Position numbers and translations under genes: made by a program
Shown: piece after piece, positions 1 through 9,563 of the stretch
How positions within the stretch are numbered: the first letter of the stretch is position 1
How the letters are laid out: every line of letters begins with the position of its first letter
Assembly (NCBI GenBank): GCA_003279685.1
Contig: QCHA01000002.1
Location: forward strand, 16,303-80,302
Direction: 5' to 3'
Source of the DNA: Pelagibacteraceae bacterium AG-390-L03
GTDB lineage: Bacteria > Pseudomonadota > Alphaproteobacteria > Pelagibacterales > Pelagibacteraceae
DNA length: 64,000 bases
The notes under the pieces: generated by a model
Told to the model about the DNA's origin: nothing
Database searches by the model: none
The model's input: the letters and a program-made list of their open reading frames with translations, nothing else

Positions 1-99
1 CCATTTGGTGGATATAGACAATCTGGAAACGGTCGCGAAGGTGGAGTATGGGGTCTTGAGGAATATCTTGAAGTAAAAACTGTTACAGGCTGGAAGTAA
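1..99 (+). CDS. Aldehyde dehydrogenase, C-terminal fragment (gene starts before window)
   Basis: Frame 1 reads [32 protein letters not shown], the ALDH C-terminal signature; TAA at 97-99. Not in the ORF track. Confidence 0.9.
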   Translation, partial: PFGGYRQSGNGREGGVWGLEEYLEVKTVTGWK

Positions 100-102
100 T
101 TA

Positions 103-480
103 ATGATTGGCTTTGTAATGGTTGGTACTAACAATCTAGATAAGGCAACTAATTTTTATGACATCTTACTTGATGCAATTGAATTAAAAAGAGTTGTCAG
201 CAATGAAAAATATATAGGCTATGCTTCAAAAGAAAAGCTTGATGAAGTTGAATTCTATGTAACTAATCCAGTGAATAAAGATAGAGCAACTTTTGGAAAT
301 GGAACACAAATATCTTTTTTAGTTAACTCAAAAGATTTAGTGAATAATTTTTATAATACTGGAATAAAACTGGGTGGAAAAGATGAGGGAGCTCCAGGAA
401 TAAGATCAGGTGATTATTATTGTTATTTGCGAGATCTTGATGGTAATAAAATTTGTGCATTTGCTAAAATACTTTATTAA
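103..480 (+). CDS. VOC/glyoxalase family protein
   Basis: 125 aa; N-terminal GTNNLDKATNFY and C-terminal YLRDLDGNKICA fit the VOC fold. Confidence 0.85.
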   Translation: MIGFVMVGTNNLDKATNFYDILLDAIELKRVVSNEKYIGYASKEKLDEVEFYVTNPVNKDRATFGNGTQISFLVNSKDLVNNFYNTGIKLGGKDEGAPGIRSGDYYCYLRDLDGNKICAFAKILY

Positions 481-1180
481 TATTTTTAAATTCCAACATA
501 TTTTCAAATGTCGACATTTCAGGTTTATATAAAACAATTTTAGGAAATTTTTTATCAAATTCTTTAAATAGATCTTTGTTAAACTCCAACAAATTTTTAA
601 TTTCCTCTTCTGTAAGCTCTCTTAAAATATATGCTAACGTGATATGGAATGTGTATCTTAAATGATTTTCAAATTTAATTTTTAATAATTTACTTAAGTC
701 ATCTCTACAGTCTCTTAGAATTTTTTCATCTTTATTAGAAAAAGGTTCTAAGATAGCGCTATAACCTCCATAAAACATTTTAAGTTTAAGATTAAATTCT
801 TTTGGAAAAATATAGTTCTGAATTCTTTTATTCAATTCAATAGCTATATCTTTATAATCCATATCATGACCTATATCTGATGGCCAATAATTGGTATTTT
901 TTGTATTTAAATTACAACAATCAAATAATGTCATATGAAAACTAGATGGAGGTAAATAGAAATAAGTTTTTTTAGGATTAAAATTTTCTATTTTTTTTTG
1001 AAAACTAATTATTTCATCTGATAAATTAGTATTCAGAGGAATATTGCAAATTATTGTGCACCCTGGAAATGGTAAAGGATTTCCTTTGTCGTCAAATTTA
1101 TTTTCTGCACCTTTTAAAGTGTAACCTTCAAGTTTACCTGATAAAAATTTTTCCTCATTATTAACTATGTTTAAATCCAT
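464..1180 (-). CDS. DUF1868-type 2H phosphoesterase superfamily protein
   Basis: KFDDKGNPLPFPGCTIIC start, two HxT motifs (SSFHMTL, FHITLAY); last gene of the ugp operon. Confidence 0.75.
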   Translation of the reverse strand: MDLNIVNNEEKFLSGKLEGYTLKGAENKFDDKGNPLPFPGCTIICNIPLNTNLSDEIISFQKKIENFNPKKTYFYLPPSSFHMTLFDCCNLNTKNTNYWPSDIGHDMDYKDIAIELNKRIQNYIFPKEFNLKLKMFYGGYSAILEPFSNKDEKILRDCRDDLSKLLKIKFENHLRYTFHITLAYILRELTEEEIKNLLEFNKDLFKEFDKKFPKIVLYKPEMSTFENMLEFKNINKVF

Positions 1181-1189
1181 TTAAAAAAG

Positions 1190-2113
1190 CTAGAACCATT
1201 TTATATTTTCTTTTTCACAAAGTTCCATTAACCTTAGTGGATAATCTGTCATAATACCATCCACACCGTACTCAATCATTTTCAACATGTCGTATTCTTT
1301 ATTTACTGTCCATACATTTATAGGCAAATCTTCTTGATGAGAAATATCTACTAATTTTTTTGTTATATCTTTTCGGTATGGTTGCCAAGCTTTTCCACCT
1401 TGAGACTTTATAATTTTTGGCAATTCATGATCTTCATAAAAAGGCAAAAAACTCATCCAAGGAGATCTATTGTATATAGTTTTTTTAATTTTCATTCCTC
1501 TCACCTGTTGATAAGTTAAATATGCCCTTGAAATTTGAGGATATTGGTTTTTAATTTCTGTCAGAGTTCTCCAGTCAAATGAAGAAACAATTATTTTGTC
1601 TTTTAAATTTGATTTGTTTATCTCATTGACAACTAATTTTACAGTATCCTCTGGAGTAGGTGTTAAATTTTCTTCATCTGGTGTAGATTTAATTTCTAAA
1701 TTTATTAGTAAGTTTTCAGATATATTTTTTGAAGATAGATCTAATAATTCAGAAAGTTTTGGTATTCTTTGATTTTCTAAAGTTTTTTGGTTAATAAATC
1801 GTCTTCCATATCTAGATAATTTATTGATTGAACCTACATCAAATTTTAAAAGTTCTTCATAAGTTAAATCAAATATTTTTATATTTTCATCCTCTATCCA
1901 ATTTCCATTATTATCTTTTGTAAAACTTGGATCCAATCTAAAATCATGAGTAATAACTGGTATAAGATCCTTAGAAATTAATATGTCTGTTTCGTATGAA
2001 TTAATATTATTTTCAAATAAATATTTAAAACTTTCTAAAGTATTTTCAGGAAGGTCTCCTCTAGCTCCTCGGTGTCCGTAAATTTTTATATGATTTGGTT
2101 TACTTAAAATCAA
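1190..2113 (-). CDS. ugpQ: Glycerophosphodiester phosphodiesterase (GDPD)
   Basis: YGHRGARGDLPENT, ETDI, HD, NLEIKS, VWTVN, GVDGIMTDYP motifs. Confidence 0.92.
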   Translation of the reverse strand: MILSKPNHIKIYGHRGARGDLPENTLESFKYLFENNINSYETDILISKDLIPVITHDFRLDPSFTKDNNGNWIEDENIKIFDLTYEELLKFDVGSINKLSRYGRRFINQKTLENQRIPKLSELLDLSSKNISENLLINLEIKSTPDEENLTPTPEDTVKLVVNEINKSNLKDKIIVSSFDWRTLTEIKNQYPQISRAYLTYQQVRGMKIKKTIYNRSPWMSFLPFYEDHELPKIIKSQGGKAWQPYRKDITKKLVDISHQEDLPINVWTVNKEYDMLKMIEYGVDGIMTDYPLRLMELCEKENIKWF

Positions 2114-2115
2114 AT

Positions 2116-3168
2116 TTAATTAACTCTTTTGCCAGTACTTTTATCAAAAATATAATATTTATTATTCTCAATATTTAGACTTATATTGAGGCCTTTTTCA
2201 ATAGTTTGATTTCCTGGACACCTGTAACAAAAGTCTTTTTTATCTTTCAATTGACCATAAACAAGATTATCCGAACCAAGCTGTTCCACTAAGTCTACTT
2301 TTAAATTAATTAAACCATTTTCAGTTTGACTTAAATGCTCAGGTCGTATTCCTAATATGATATCTCCATTAAAGTCACTTTGTATATCTTTAATTTCAAA
2401 ACCCTCTGCAGATAATGTTTTGTTTTTTATATTACCGTCTAAAAAATTCATTTGTGGTGAACCAATAAAACCAGCAACAAATAAAGATTTGGGATTATCA
2501 TATATCTCGATAGGGGTTCCTAATTGTTCAATGATTCCGTTGTTAATAACTGCTAATCTATCAGCAAGTGTCATGGCCTCAACTTGATCATGCGTAACAA
2601 ATATACTTGTTACCCCTACTTTCTGTTGAAGTTTTTTAATTTCAAGTCTCATTTGGATTCTTAATTTTGCATCAAGGTTTGAAAGTGGTTCATCAAATAA
2701 GAATATTTTGGGATTTCTTACAATTGCTCTTCCCATTGCAACTCTTTGTCTTTGACCACCTGACAACATCGAGGGCTTTCTCTGTAAAAAATCTGAAATT
2801 TGTAACAGCTTAGCTGCATCATTTACTTTTTGCTCGATTGTTTCTTTATCAATTCCTCTATTTTTTAAACCATAAGCTAAATTATTATAAACGTTCATAT
2901 GTGGATATAACGCATAATTTTGAAATACCATCGCAACATCTCTTTCTGATGGATCAACTTGATTAATTAATTTTCCATCAAGGCTGACATCTCCCTCAGT
3001 TATATCTTCTAGACCAGCTACCATTCTCAATAAAGTTGATTTTCCACATCCACTAGGTCCAACAAAAACCATAAATTCTCCTTCATCAATACTTAATGAT
3101 GTTTCATGGACGGCTTTAGTTCCGTTAGGATAAATTTTTGTTACATTTTTTAAATCTAGAAAACTCAT
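2116..3168 (-). CDS. ugpC: CUT1 ABC transporter ATP-binding subunit
   Basis: Walker A GPSGCGKS, VFQNYALYPHM, LSGGQRQR, DEPLSNLDAKLR. Confidence 0.9.
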   Translation of the reverse strand: MSFLDLKNVTKIYPNGTKAVHETSLSIDEGEFMVFVGPSGCGKSTLLRMVAGLEDITEGDVSLDGKLINQVDPSERDVAMVFQNYALYPHMNVYNNLAYGLKNRGIDKETIEQKVNDAAKLLQISDFLQRKPSMLSGGQRQRVAMGRAIVRNPKIFLFDEPLSNLDAKLRIQMRLEIKKLQQKVGVTSIFVTHDQVEAMTLADRLAVINNGIIEQLGTPIEIYDNPKSLFVAGFIGSPQMNFLDGNIKNKTLSAEGFEIKDIQSDFNGDIILGIRPEHLSQTENGLINLKVDLVEQLGSDNLVYGQLKDKKDFCYRCPGNQTIEKGLNISLNIENNKYYIFDKSTGKRVN

Positions 3169-4020
3169 TTATTTCTCCGTTTGAATTAAACCTTTTATGA
3201 ACCATTTTTGCAAAATTACTACCACTAAAACCGGAGGTAACATTGATAAAATAATATACGCAAATCTCTCAGCTGTTCTTGGAAGAGCCACACCTTCGTA
3301 GCTTTCAGTAAATATAATTTTCATTCCCATTACAACCGTCCAATATTTTTCACTTGTAGTCATGATTAGAGGCCATAAATATTGACTATATCCATAAACA
3401 AACATAAATATAAACATAGCTGCAATCATAGTTTTGGACAATGGAACCAAGAAATCTATAAAAAATCTCCAACTATTTGCACCATCAAGTTTGGCTGACT
3501 CAAGCAATTCATCTGGAATAGTCCTATAAAATTGTCTAAAGAAAAAGGTTGCAGTTGCAGATGCAACTAAGGGAAGAATTAGGCCTGTGTAAGAATTTGT
3601 TAAACCTAAATCTGATACAATTTTATAAGTAGGAAAAATTCTTACTTCCAAAGGTACTAGCAAAGTAATAAAAATTAACCAAAAAATAGGTACTGCTAAT
3701 TTAAATCTATAATACACAAGGGCATATGCTGACATTGCAGAAATAGTTACCTTAAGGGTTGCTATTCCTAATGCCATTATAAAGCTATTGATAAACATCT
3801 TTGCTGCAGTAACTTCTTCTGACCAGCCACCTTTTTCATTTAAAACTTCATTATAGTTTCTTGAAAAATATTCACCTATATTAAATTTCATACCCTCAGT
3901 TAATATAGTCACTGTATCATGAGTGGAACTTGCAAAAGATATCCAGATAGGTACAACCATTAACAATACACCTAATATAAGAATTATATGAGCTAATATC
4001 TGAAGTGGTTTAATTTTCAT
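3169..4020 (-). CDS. ugpE: Glycerol-3-phosphate-type ABC permease, UgpE-like copy 2
   Basis: Six hydrophobic segments, EAA loop IPDELLESAKLDGA, QYLWPL motif. Confidence 0.82.
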   Translation of the reverse strand: MKIKPLQILAHIILILGVLLMVVPIWISFASSTHDTVTILTEGMKFNIGEYFSRNYNEVLNEKGGWSEEVTAAKMFINSFIMALGIATLKVTISAMSAYALVYYRFKLAVPIFWLIFITLLVPLEVRIFPTYKIVSDLGLTNSYTGLILPLVASATATFFFRQFYRTIPDELLESAKLDGANSWRFFIDFLVPLSKTMIAAMFIFMFVYGYSQYLWPLIMTTSEKYWTVVMGMKIIFTESYEGVALPRTAERFAYIILSMLPPVLVVVILQKWFIKGLIQTEK

Positions 4021-4838
4021 TTATCTTGAAAAACTCCTTTAATAAAATGTTTTTGTAAAATGATTATAATTAAAACTGGTGGAACCATAGACATCATTAC
4101 AAAAGCAAAACGATGAACAATTGATCCTGACATCATTTTTAACCCCATAACCACTGTCCAATATTGCTCAGAAGAAGTTACCAATAATGGCCATAAATAC
4201 TGGTTGTAACCAAAGACAAACATAAATATTAACATGGCAACAATCATTGTTTTTGATAGTGGTACTAAAAAATCAATAAAAAATCTCCAAGTGCTTGCAC
4301 CATCAAGTTTGGCTGATTCGAGTAATTCATCTGGAACAGTTTTATAAAATTGCCTAAAAAATAAAGTTGCTATAGCTGAGGCAGAAATTGGAACTATTAA
4401 TCCAAAATAAGAATTTACTAGATTAAGTTCAGCCATGACTGAGTAAGTAGGAAAAATTCTTAACTCTAAAGGTACTAATATAGTAATAAATATTATCCAA
4501 AATAACAATGTGGCGTATTTTATTCTATAATAAACTAAAGCATACGCAGCCATCAGAGAAGTAACCACTGATAACAATGCTACTCCTGTAGCCATAATAA
4601 AACTGTTAAGAAACATTTTTAAAGCAGTTATCTCTTTAAAAAAACCTCCCTTATACAATAAAACCCTTAAGTAGTTTTCTTGAAAACTATCACCTAAAAA
4701 AAACTGAAGACCGTTCGTGTTAATAAATGAACTTGTATAAGTTGAGCTAGCAAAAATCATCCATACGGGAACAACCATGATAGATATTCCTATAAATAAA
4801 ATTATATGTGAAAAAGTTGATGTAAAAAATCTACTCAT
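4017..4838 (-). CDS. ugpE: Glycerol-3-phosphate-type ABC permease, UgpE-like copy 1
   Basis: EAA loop VPDELLESAKLDGA, NQYLWPL; collinear paralog of the adjacent gene. Confidence 0.8.
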   Translation of the reverse strand: MSRFFTSTFSHIILFIGISIMVVPVWMIFASSTYTSSFINTNGLQFFLGDSFQENYLRVLLYKGGFFKEITALKMFLNSFIMATGVALLSVVTSLMAAYALVYYRIKYATLLFWIIFITILVPLELRIFPTYSVMAELNLVNSYFGLIVPISASAIATLFFRQFYKTVPDELLESAKLDGASTWRFFIDFLVPLSKTMIVAMLIFMFVFGYNQYLWPLLVTSSEQYWTVVMGLKMMSGSIVHRFAFVMMSMVPPVLIIIILQKHFIKGVFQDK

Positions 4839-5716
4839 TAATTATAATGTATTTTCCCTTCAATGTATCTAAATTGAAAAATAGTAATTACTAAAACAAT
4901 TAACATCATCATGATTGATTGAGCTCCAGCGCTTCCTAAATCTAGTCCTCTAAATCCATCCATGTAAGCTTTATAAACAAGGGTTCTTGTTTCTCCAGAT
5001 GGTGCACCAATTGTTGTTGTATCAATAATTCCAAATGTATCAAAAAAAGCATAAGTAATATTAATTATAATTAAAAAAAATGTTGTAGGCATCAATAGTG
5101 GAAATGTAATTGTCCAGAATCTTCTAAAACTACTTTTACAATCAATCATAGATGCCTCTATTACAGATACTTGAATAGCCTGAAGTCCCGCTAAGAAAAA
5201 AATGAAATTAGCACTAATTTGCTTCCAGGAACCAGCTATGATTACATAAATATATGCATCAAAAACACTCTCATACCAATTGAAACCCCACATATCATTA
5301 AATAAATGATATAGAAGTCCAAATCTTTCACTAAAAAAATAATTAGCCATAACACCCACAACAGCTGGTGCAATAGCATATGGCCAAATTAAAAGAGTTT
5401 TATATGCACTCTTTCCATGCATTATATTGTTAGCCTGAACAGCAAGTAATAATCCTATTGCTCCTGTTATTAACGTGATTACAAAACTATAAATAATAGT
5501 AAATTTAAAAGCTGTTTTGTATGCTGGGTCGTCAAAAATAAAAAGAAAGTTATCAATTCCTGCAAATTGAACACTTATTCCAAATGCATCTTGCATTGTA
5601 AATGCATCTCTAAAAGTTTGTAATATTGGCCAATATAAAAAAATTAATAATATACCTAGCTGTGGGGCTAAGAATAAATATTGAGTATAATTAGATTTAA
5701 ATTGAACCTTTTTCAT
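4838..5716 (-). CDS. ugpA: Glycerol-3-phosphate-type ABC permease UgpA-like
   Basis: YLFLAPQL, WPYAIAPAV, NFIFFLAGLQAI, FFDTFGII motifs. Confidence 0.85.
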   Translation of the reverse strand: MKKVQFKSNYTQYLFLAPQLGILLIFLYWPILQTFRDAFTMQDAFGISVQFAGIDNFLFIFDDPAYKTAFKFTIIYSFVITLITGAIGLLLAVQANNIMHGKSAYKTLLIWPYAIAPAVVGVMANYFFSERFGLLYHLFNDMWGFNWYESVFDAYIYVIIAGSWKQISANFIFFLAGLQAIQVSVIEASMIDCKSSFRRFWTITFPLLMPTTFFLIIINITYAFFDTFGIIDTTTIGAPSGETRTLVYKAYMDGFRGLDLGSAGAQSIMMMLIVLVITIFQFRYIEGKIHYN

Positions 5717-5729
5717 AAATATTAAAATA

Positions 5730-5759
5730 ATAAGGAGGGTGTTTTAATACCCTCCTTAT
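5730..5759 (-). terminator. Stem-loop between substrate-binding gene and first permease (attenuating or mRNA-stabilising hairpin)
   Basis: Perfect 11-bp inverted repeat ataaggagggt/accctccttat with 8-nt loop in the ugpB-ugpA spacer. Confidence 0.7.
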
Positions 5760-5774
5760 CAATAGTCTTTTTAT

Positions 5775-7082
5775 TTATAAAGTTTTAGCAAATTGTTTTA
5801 ACAATTTAGCTGCACCCTTATCCATGTTCTTCAATCCTTTTTCGATTGATATTTTACCGTTTAACATTGGCTCAACATTTTCATAAATTACTTCACGAAT
5901 TTGTGGCCAGTTACCAGCTCTATATCCACCAGGAATAGTTGAACCTTCTAAGCTTAGTTGTTCACCAACAGCTTTGTGGTAAGGAGAAGTTCTATAAAAG
6001 TTAATAGTCTCAGCTAACTCTATACCACCTTTAGTCACTGCAGAATAACCAGTCATATTATGATAATATAGATCCATTTCTGGAGAACCCATAAATTCAA
6101 TGAATTTAGCAAGTCCTTTATATTCTTCTTCAGTATGACCATTTAAGATCCAGTTAGCAGCACCACCGATAAATGTTGGATACTCTTTTCCTTTTGTAAC
6201 TGAATCCCAATAAGGAATATGATTTACTGAAAAGTTAGGCACAACACCTTTCATTCCACCAAATGATGCAGCAGAACCAAACCAAAAAGCAGCTTCACCA
6301 GCTATAAAAGGAGCTTGGTTATCTCCCCATGCTCTTCCTTTGTAACCATATAAACCACTTTCATACCATTCTTTAACTTTTTTCCAGTGCATTACGAATG
6401 CATCTGTTTCAGCAAATAAAGTTTTTGTTGGAACAGCATCGTAACCATTGTTTCCATCAGTCATTAACAAATTATGTCTTGAAAAGAAATTTTCTGTCCA
6501 AATCCAAGGAAAGTGACTTTGAACTAAAGGAATGTATCCAGCAGCTTTAATTTTTGGAGCCATAGCCTCAAATTCTTCATAAGTTTTTGGAACTGACTCA
6601 ATTCCTACTTTTTTCAATATGTCCATGTTTGCATACATCAAACAAGTTGAACTATTAAATGGAACACCAATCATTTTTCCATCAGAGTCAGCATAGAAAT
6701 TTTTAATACCTGGAATGTAGTTATCTGCGTCTACACTAATTCCATATTTCTCGGCCATTTCTTCAAAACCAATTACAACACCGTTTTTTACTTGTGCTAC
6801 CATAATTGCAGCTCCAGCATCATAAACTTGTGAATAGTGTGGTTGATCCCCAGCTCTAAAAGCCGCAATTGTTGCGGCCATATTATCCTCATAACTTCCT
6901 TTACCTGTCGGAATGACAGTATAATCGTTTTGAGATGCATTAAATCTATTTGCAATTTCTATAATCACATCACCTAGAAAACCACTGTTTCCATACCACC
7001 AGTGAATCTCTGTTTTAGAGTAACTGTTAGATGTGAAAGAAAATGTAAATAGTATTGTTAAAATACTTAGTATCTTTTTCAT
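5775..7082 (-). CDS. ugpB: Extracellular solute-binding protein, UgpB-like
   Basis: Signal peptide, EIHWW, GKGSYED, PFNSST, IGGAANW; heads the ugp operon; GGAGGG RBS upstream. Confidence 0.8.
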   Translation of the reverse strand: MKKILSILTILFTFSFTSNSYSKTEIHWWYGNSGFLGDVIIEIANRFNASQNDYTVIPTGKGSYEDNMAATIAAFRAGDQPHYSQVYDAGAAIMVAQVKNGVVIGFEEMAEKYGISVDADNYIPGIKNFYADSDGKMIGVPFNSSTCLMYANMDILKKVGIESVPKTYEEFEAMAPKIKAAGYIPLVQSHFPWIWTENFFSRHNLLMTDGNNGYDAVPTKTLFAETDAFVMHWKKVKEWYESGLYGYKGRAWGDNQAPFIAGEAAFWFGSAASFGGMKGVVPNFSVNHIPYWDSVTKGKEYPTFIGGAANWILNGHTEEEYKGLAKFIEFMGSPEMDLYYHNMTGYSAVTKGGIELAETINFYRTSPYHKAVGEQLSLEGSTIPGGYRAGNWPQIREVIYENVEPMLNGKISIEKGLKNMDKGAAKLLKQFAKTL

Positions 7083-7222
7083 TATTTCCCTCCGTTAATT
7101 AAATTTAATTAAAATATAAATTTATAAATGAAACATATAAAAATTATTAAAGTATTGTTACAAATAAATTAATTTTTTTTTAGATGATATTTAATAAAAT
7201 TAAAAAATTTTCTACTTCAGGT

Positions 7223-8356
7223 TTAAATTTGTTTTAAGTAGTTTAATCTTCCAATAATTTCATCTCGATCCATATAATAACCCTGTAGATGTCTATGGCC
7301 TGAGTTCGGATCAAATTCAGTTCGACCATGAAGAAGTCTTCTATTGTTAAATGAAAATATATCACCTGGTTCTAGTCTAAAATTGATTTGAAAATTAGCG
7401 TCATGTAATAAATTACCAAATCTATGATGCGCTCTATAAACTGAATCCATTATATCAGGATGACAGTCAAGTGCATCTAAAGTTGCGATACTGTATCGAA
7501 TATCATTATAATCTCCATCTTTGGTAAGTGAAATTGCGGAACCATAAACACTTCTAACTGCTTCTTGAGTATAGTCTTTGTCCCTAAATTTTAGTGGAGT
7601 ATTTACCAAAACATCAAAAGTTTCTTTTTCATTTTTTTTTAAATATTCTGCAACAGCAAAAGCATCTACAGCTGATGAGTCTCCACCCTTTGCAGAATTA
7701 ACTAAACAATGTAAGAATTGATATCCTGGAGGATTTTCAAACCAAGGAAGATCCATGTGATTTCTCAAAGCATGGGCTGTATAGGCCGAATTATTAGGTT
7801 TTGGAATGTTAATTACTTCAAATGGAGTTTTAAAAAAAGTTTCTCTAGTATGGCTTATTTTATTTAAAACTTTAAAGGCTGAGTCTTTTTCAGTTGGTGC
7901 ATTTTTTACAATTGCTATCCCAGTATAATGCAAAAGCTCTAACCATTTTATTAATCCCTCTTCAGAATTTATAATTTCATCATGGTTGATATGGATTGAT
8001 TCTAAATTATTTTGTAGTGAACTATCCCAAAGTTTATAAGGGGAAACATATTTACTTTTATTTTTGATTGTATAACAATTTTTTCTTAACCAAGATGGAT
8101 CATATGAACTTTTATGATCTCCTTCGCTCCATTCTATTTCTAAGCTTCCATTAATGTTAACATTATAAGTTTTTGGGCTAATATCTGTTGAAACGCTCAA
8201 AATGTTAAACATTCTGTGACGAGAATCTTTGTCATGAGCAGATGGACAATTATCTCTTAACCATAAATAATTAAATTTACTTTCTTCACCATCATCCCAA
8301 ATAACTTTCAAATAGTTAGAATTTTTCTCTAATCTTGAAATTGAACTCATGATCAA
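7223..8356 (-). CDS. Gamma-butyrobetaine hydroxylase-like Fe(II)/2OG dioxygenase (N-terminal DUF971 plus TauD domain)
   Basis: WLRDNC and WLRKNC Zn-domain motifs, HMD iron ligands, FNNRRLLHGRTEF, RHLQGYY. Confidence 0.85.
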   Translation of the reverse strand: MIMSSISRLEKNSNYLKVIWDDGEESKFNYLWLRDNCPSAHDKDSRHRMFNILSVSTDISPKTYNVNINGSLEIEWSEGDHKSSYDPSWLRKNCYTIKNKSKYVSPYKLWDSSLQNNLESIHINHDEIINSEEGLIKWLELLHYTGIAIVKNAPTEKDSAFKVLNKISHTRETFFKTPFEVINIPKPNNSAYTAHALRNHMDLPWFENPPGYQFLHCLVNSAKGGDSSAVDAFAVAEYLKKNEKETFDVLVNTPLKFRDKDYTQEAVRSVYGSAISLTKDGDYNDIRYSIATLDALDCHPDIMDSVYRAHHRFGNLLHDANFQINFRLEPGDIFSFNNRRLLHGRTEFDPNSGHRHLQGYYMDRDEIIGRLNYLKQI

Positions 8357-8480
8357 TCATTATATATAAAGAGTAAAAATTCAATTCAATTTATAGTTGC
8401 AAATAAAATTCAGCTCTTGTGTTTTGTCTTCATTCATTATTAAATCTTAATAATAAAACTTAACCTAAGGAGATAATTTA

Positions 8481-9497
8481 ATGAAGTTTTTGAAAAAATT
8501 AGTTCTTTCAGCTTTTTTTGCATCATCTTTATTAGCAACAAGTGCTAATGCTGGTGACTGTAAAGCTAGATTGGGAGATTTTGACTGGAGTAGTGCAAAT
8601 ATTCATACTGCAATCACAACTTTTATTCTTGAAAAAGGATATGGGTGTGAAGTTTCAGTAACCAAAGGAAGTACTACACCTATTATGGCTGCTCATTATG
8701 ATAAGCAGTTAGATGTTATTACTGAAGTTTGGTATGACAATATTATTGCAAACTACGAGCCGCATGAAAAAGCTGGTACGATCAAAAATATTGGTGTGAA
8801 TACTCCAGACTCTCAGCAAGCTTTCTACGTAGATAAAACTACAGCAGATAAATATAATTTAAAATCTGTAATGGATATGAAAGATCCAAAAATAGCTGCA
8901 CTATTTAGCGATCCAGAAGATCCATCAAAAGGAAGAATGACTAGCTGTATTTCAGGTTGGACTTGTTATACTGTAAACTTGGTTAAACAAATAGAGTATG
9001 GTTTAGATAAATACTATACTAACTTTGATCCGGGTTCAGGTGGAGCATTAGATGCTGCTATTGCAGGAGCTTTTGCTAAGAAAAAACCAATTTTTACATA
9101 CTACTGGGCACCAACAGGTTTAATGGGTAAAGTTGATCTTGTAAGATTGACAGAACCAAAATTTGATTCTGATTGTTGGAACAAAATGTCTGCTGTTGTT
9201 GAAGACATTAAAGCTAACGGACCAGATGCTTACAAAAAATCTTGTGCTTGTGAATATAGAGATATGGCTCTAACAAAATCTGTTTTAACTGATTGGGCAA
9301 AAGCTAATCCAGCTGAAACGGCTTTCTTAGAAAAGTATACTATTCCTACAGCAGTAGTTAATAAAATGTTAGCCTTCTACGAAGATGAGTCAGATGGTGA
9401 TATGGAATTAACTGCTAAAGAGTTTTTAAAAACTGAAGCAATGTGGAAAAGTTGGGTACCTGCAGACGTAGCATCAAAAGTTACAGCTGCTTTATAA
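8481..9497 (+). CDS. proX: Glycine betaine/proline-family ABC substrate-binding protein
   Basis: Signal peptide, DWSSA, EVW, CISGWTC, YYWAPT; AAGGAG RBS. Actual ligand unknown. Confidence 0.8.
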   Translation: MKFLKKLVLSAFFASSLLATSANAGDCKARLGDFDWSSANIHTAITTFILEKGYGCEVSVTKGSTTPIMAAHYDKQLDVITEVWYDNIIANYEPHEKAGTIKNIGVNTPDSQQAFYVDKTTADKYNLKSVMDMKDPKIAALFSDPEDPSKGRMTSCISGWTCYTVNLVKQIEYGLDKYYTNFDPGSGGALDAAIAGAFAKKKPIFTYYWAPTGLMGKVDLVRLTEPKFDSDCWNKMSAVVEDIKANGPDAYKKSCACEYRDMALTKSVLTDWAKANPAETAFLEKYTIPTAVVNKMLAFYEDESDGDMELTAKEFLKTEAMWKSWVPADVASKVTAAL

Positions 9498-9518
9498 TCC
9501 AATTATAATAATCAATTT

Positions 9519-9544
9519 GAAAGAGCCCTTTAATGGGCTCTTTC
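9519..9544 (+). terminator. GC-rich stem-loop after the substrate-binding gene
   Basis: 10-bp stem gaaagagccc/gggctctttc, 6-nt loop, followed by ttt. Confidence 0.7.
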
Positions 9545-9563
9545 TTTAAAAAAATAATCATAT

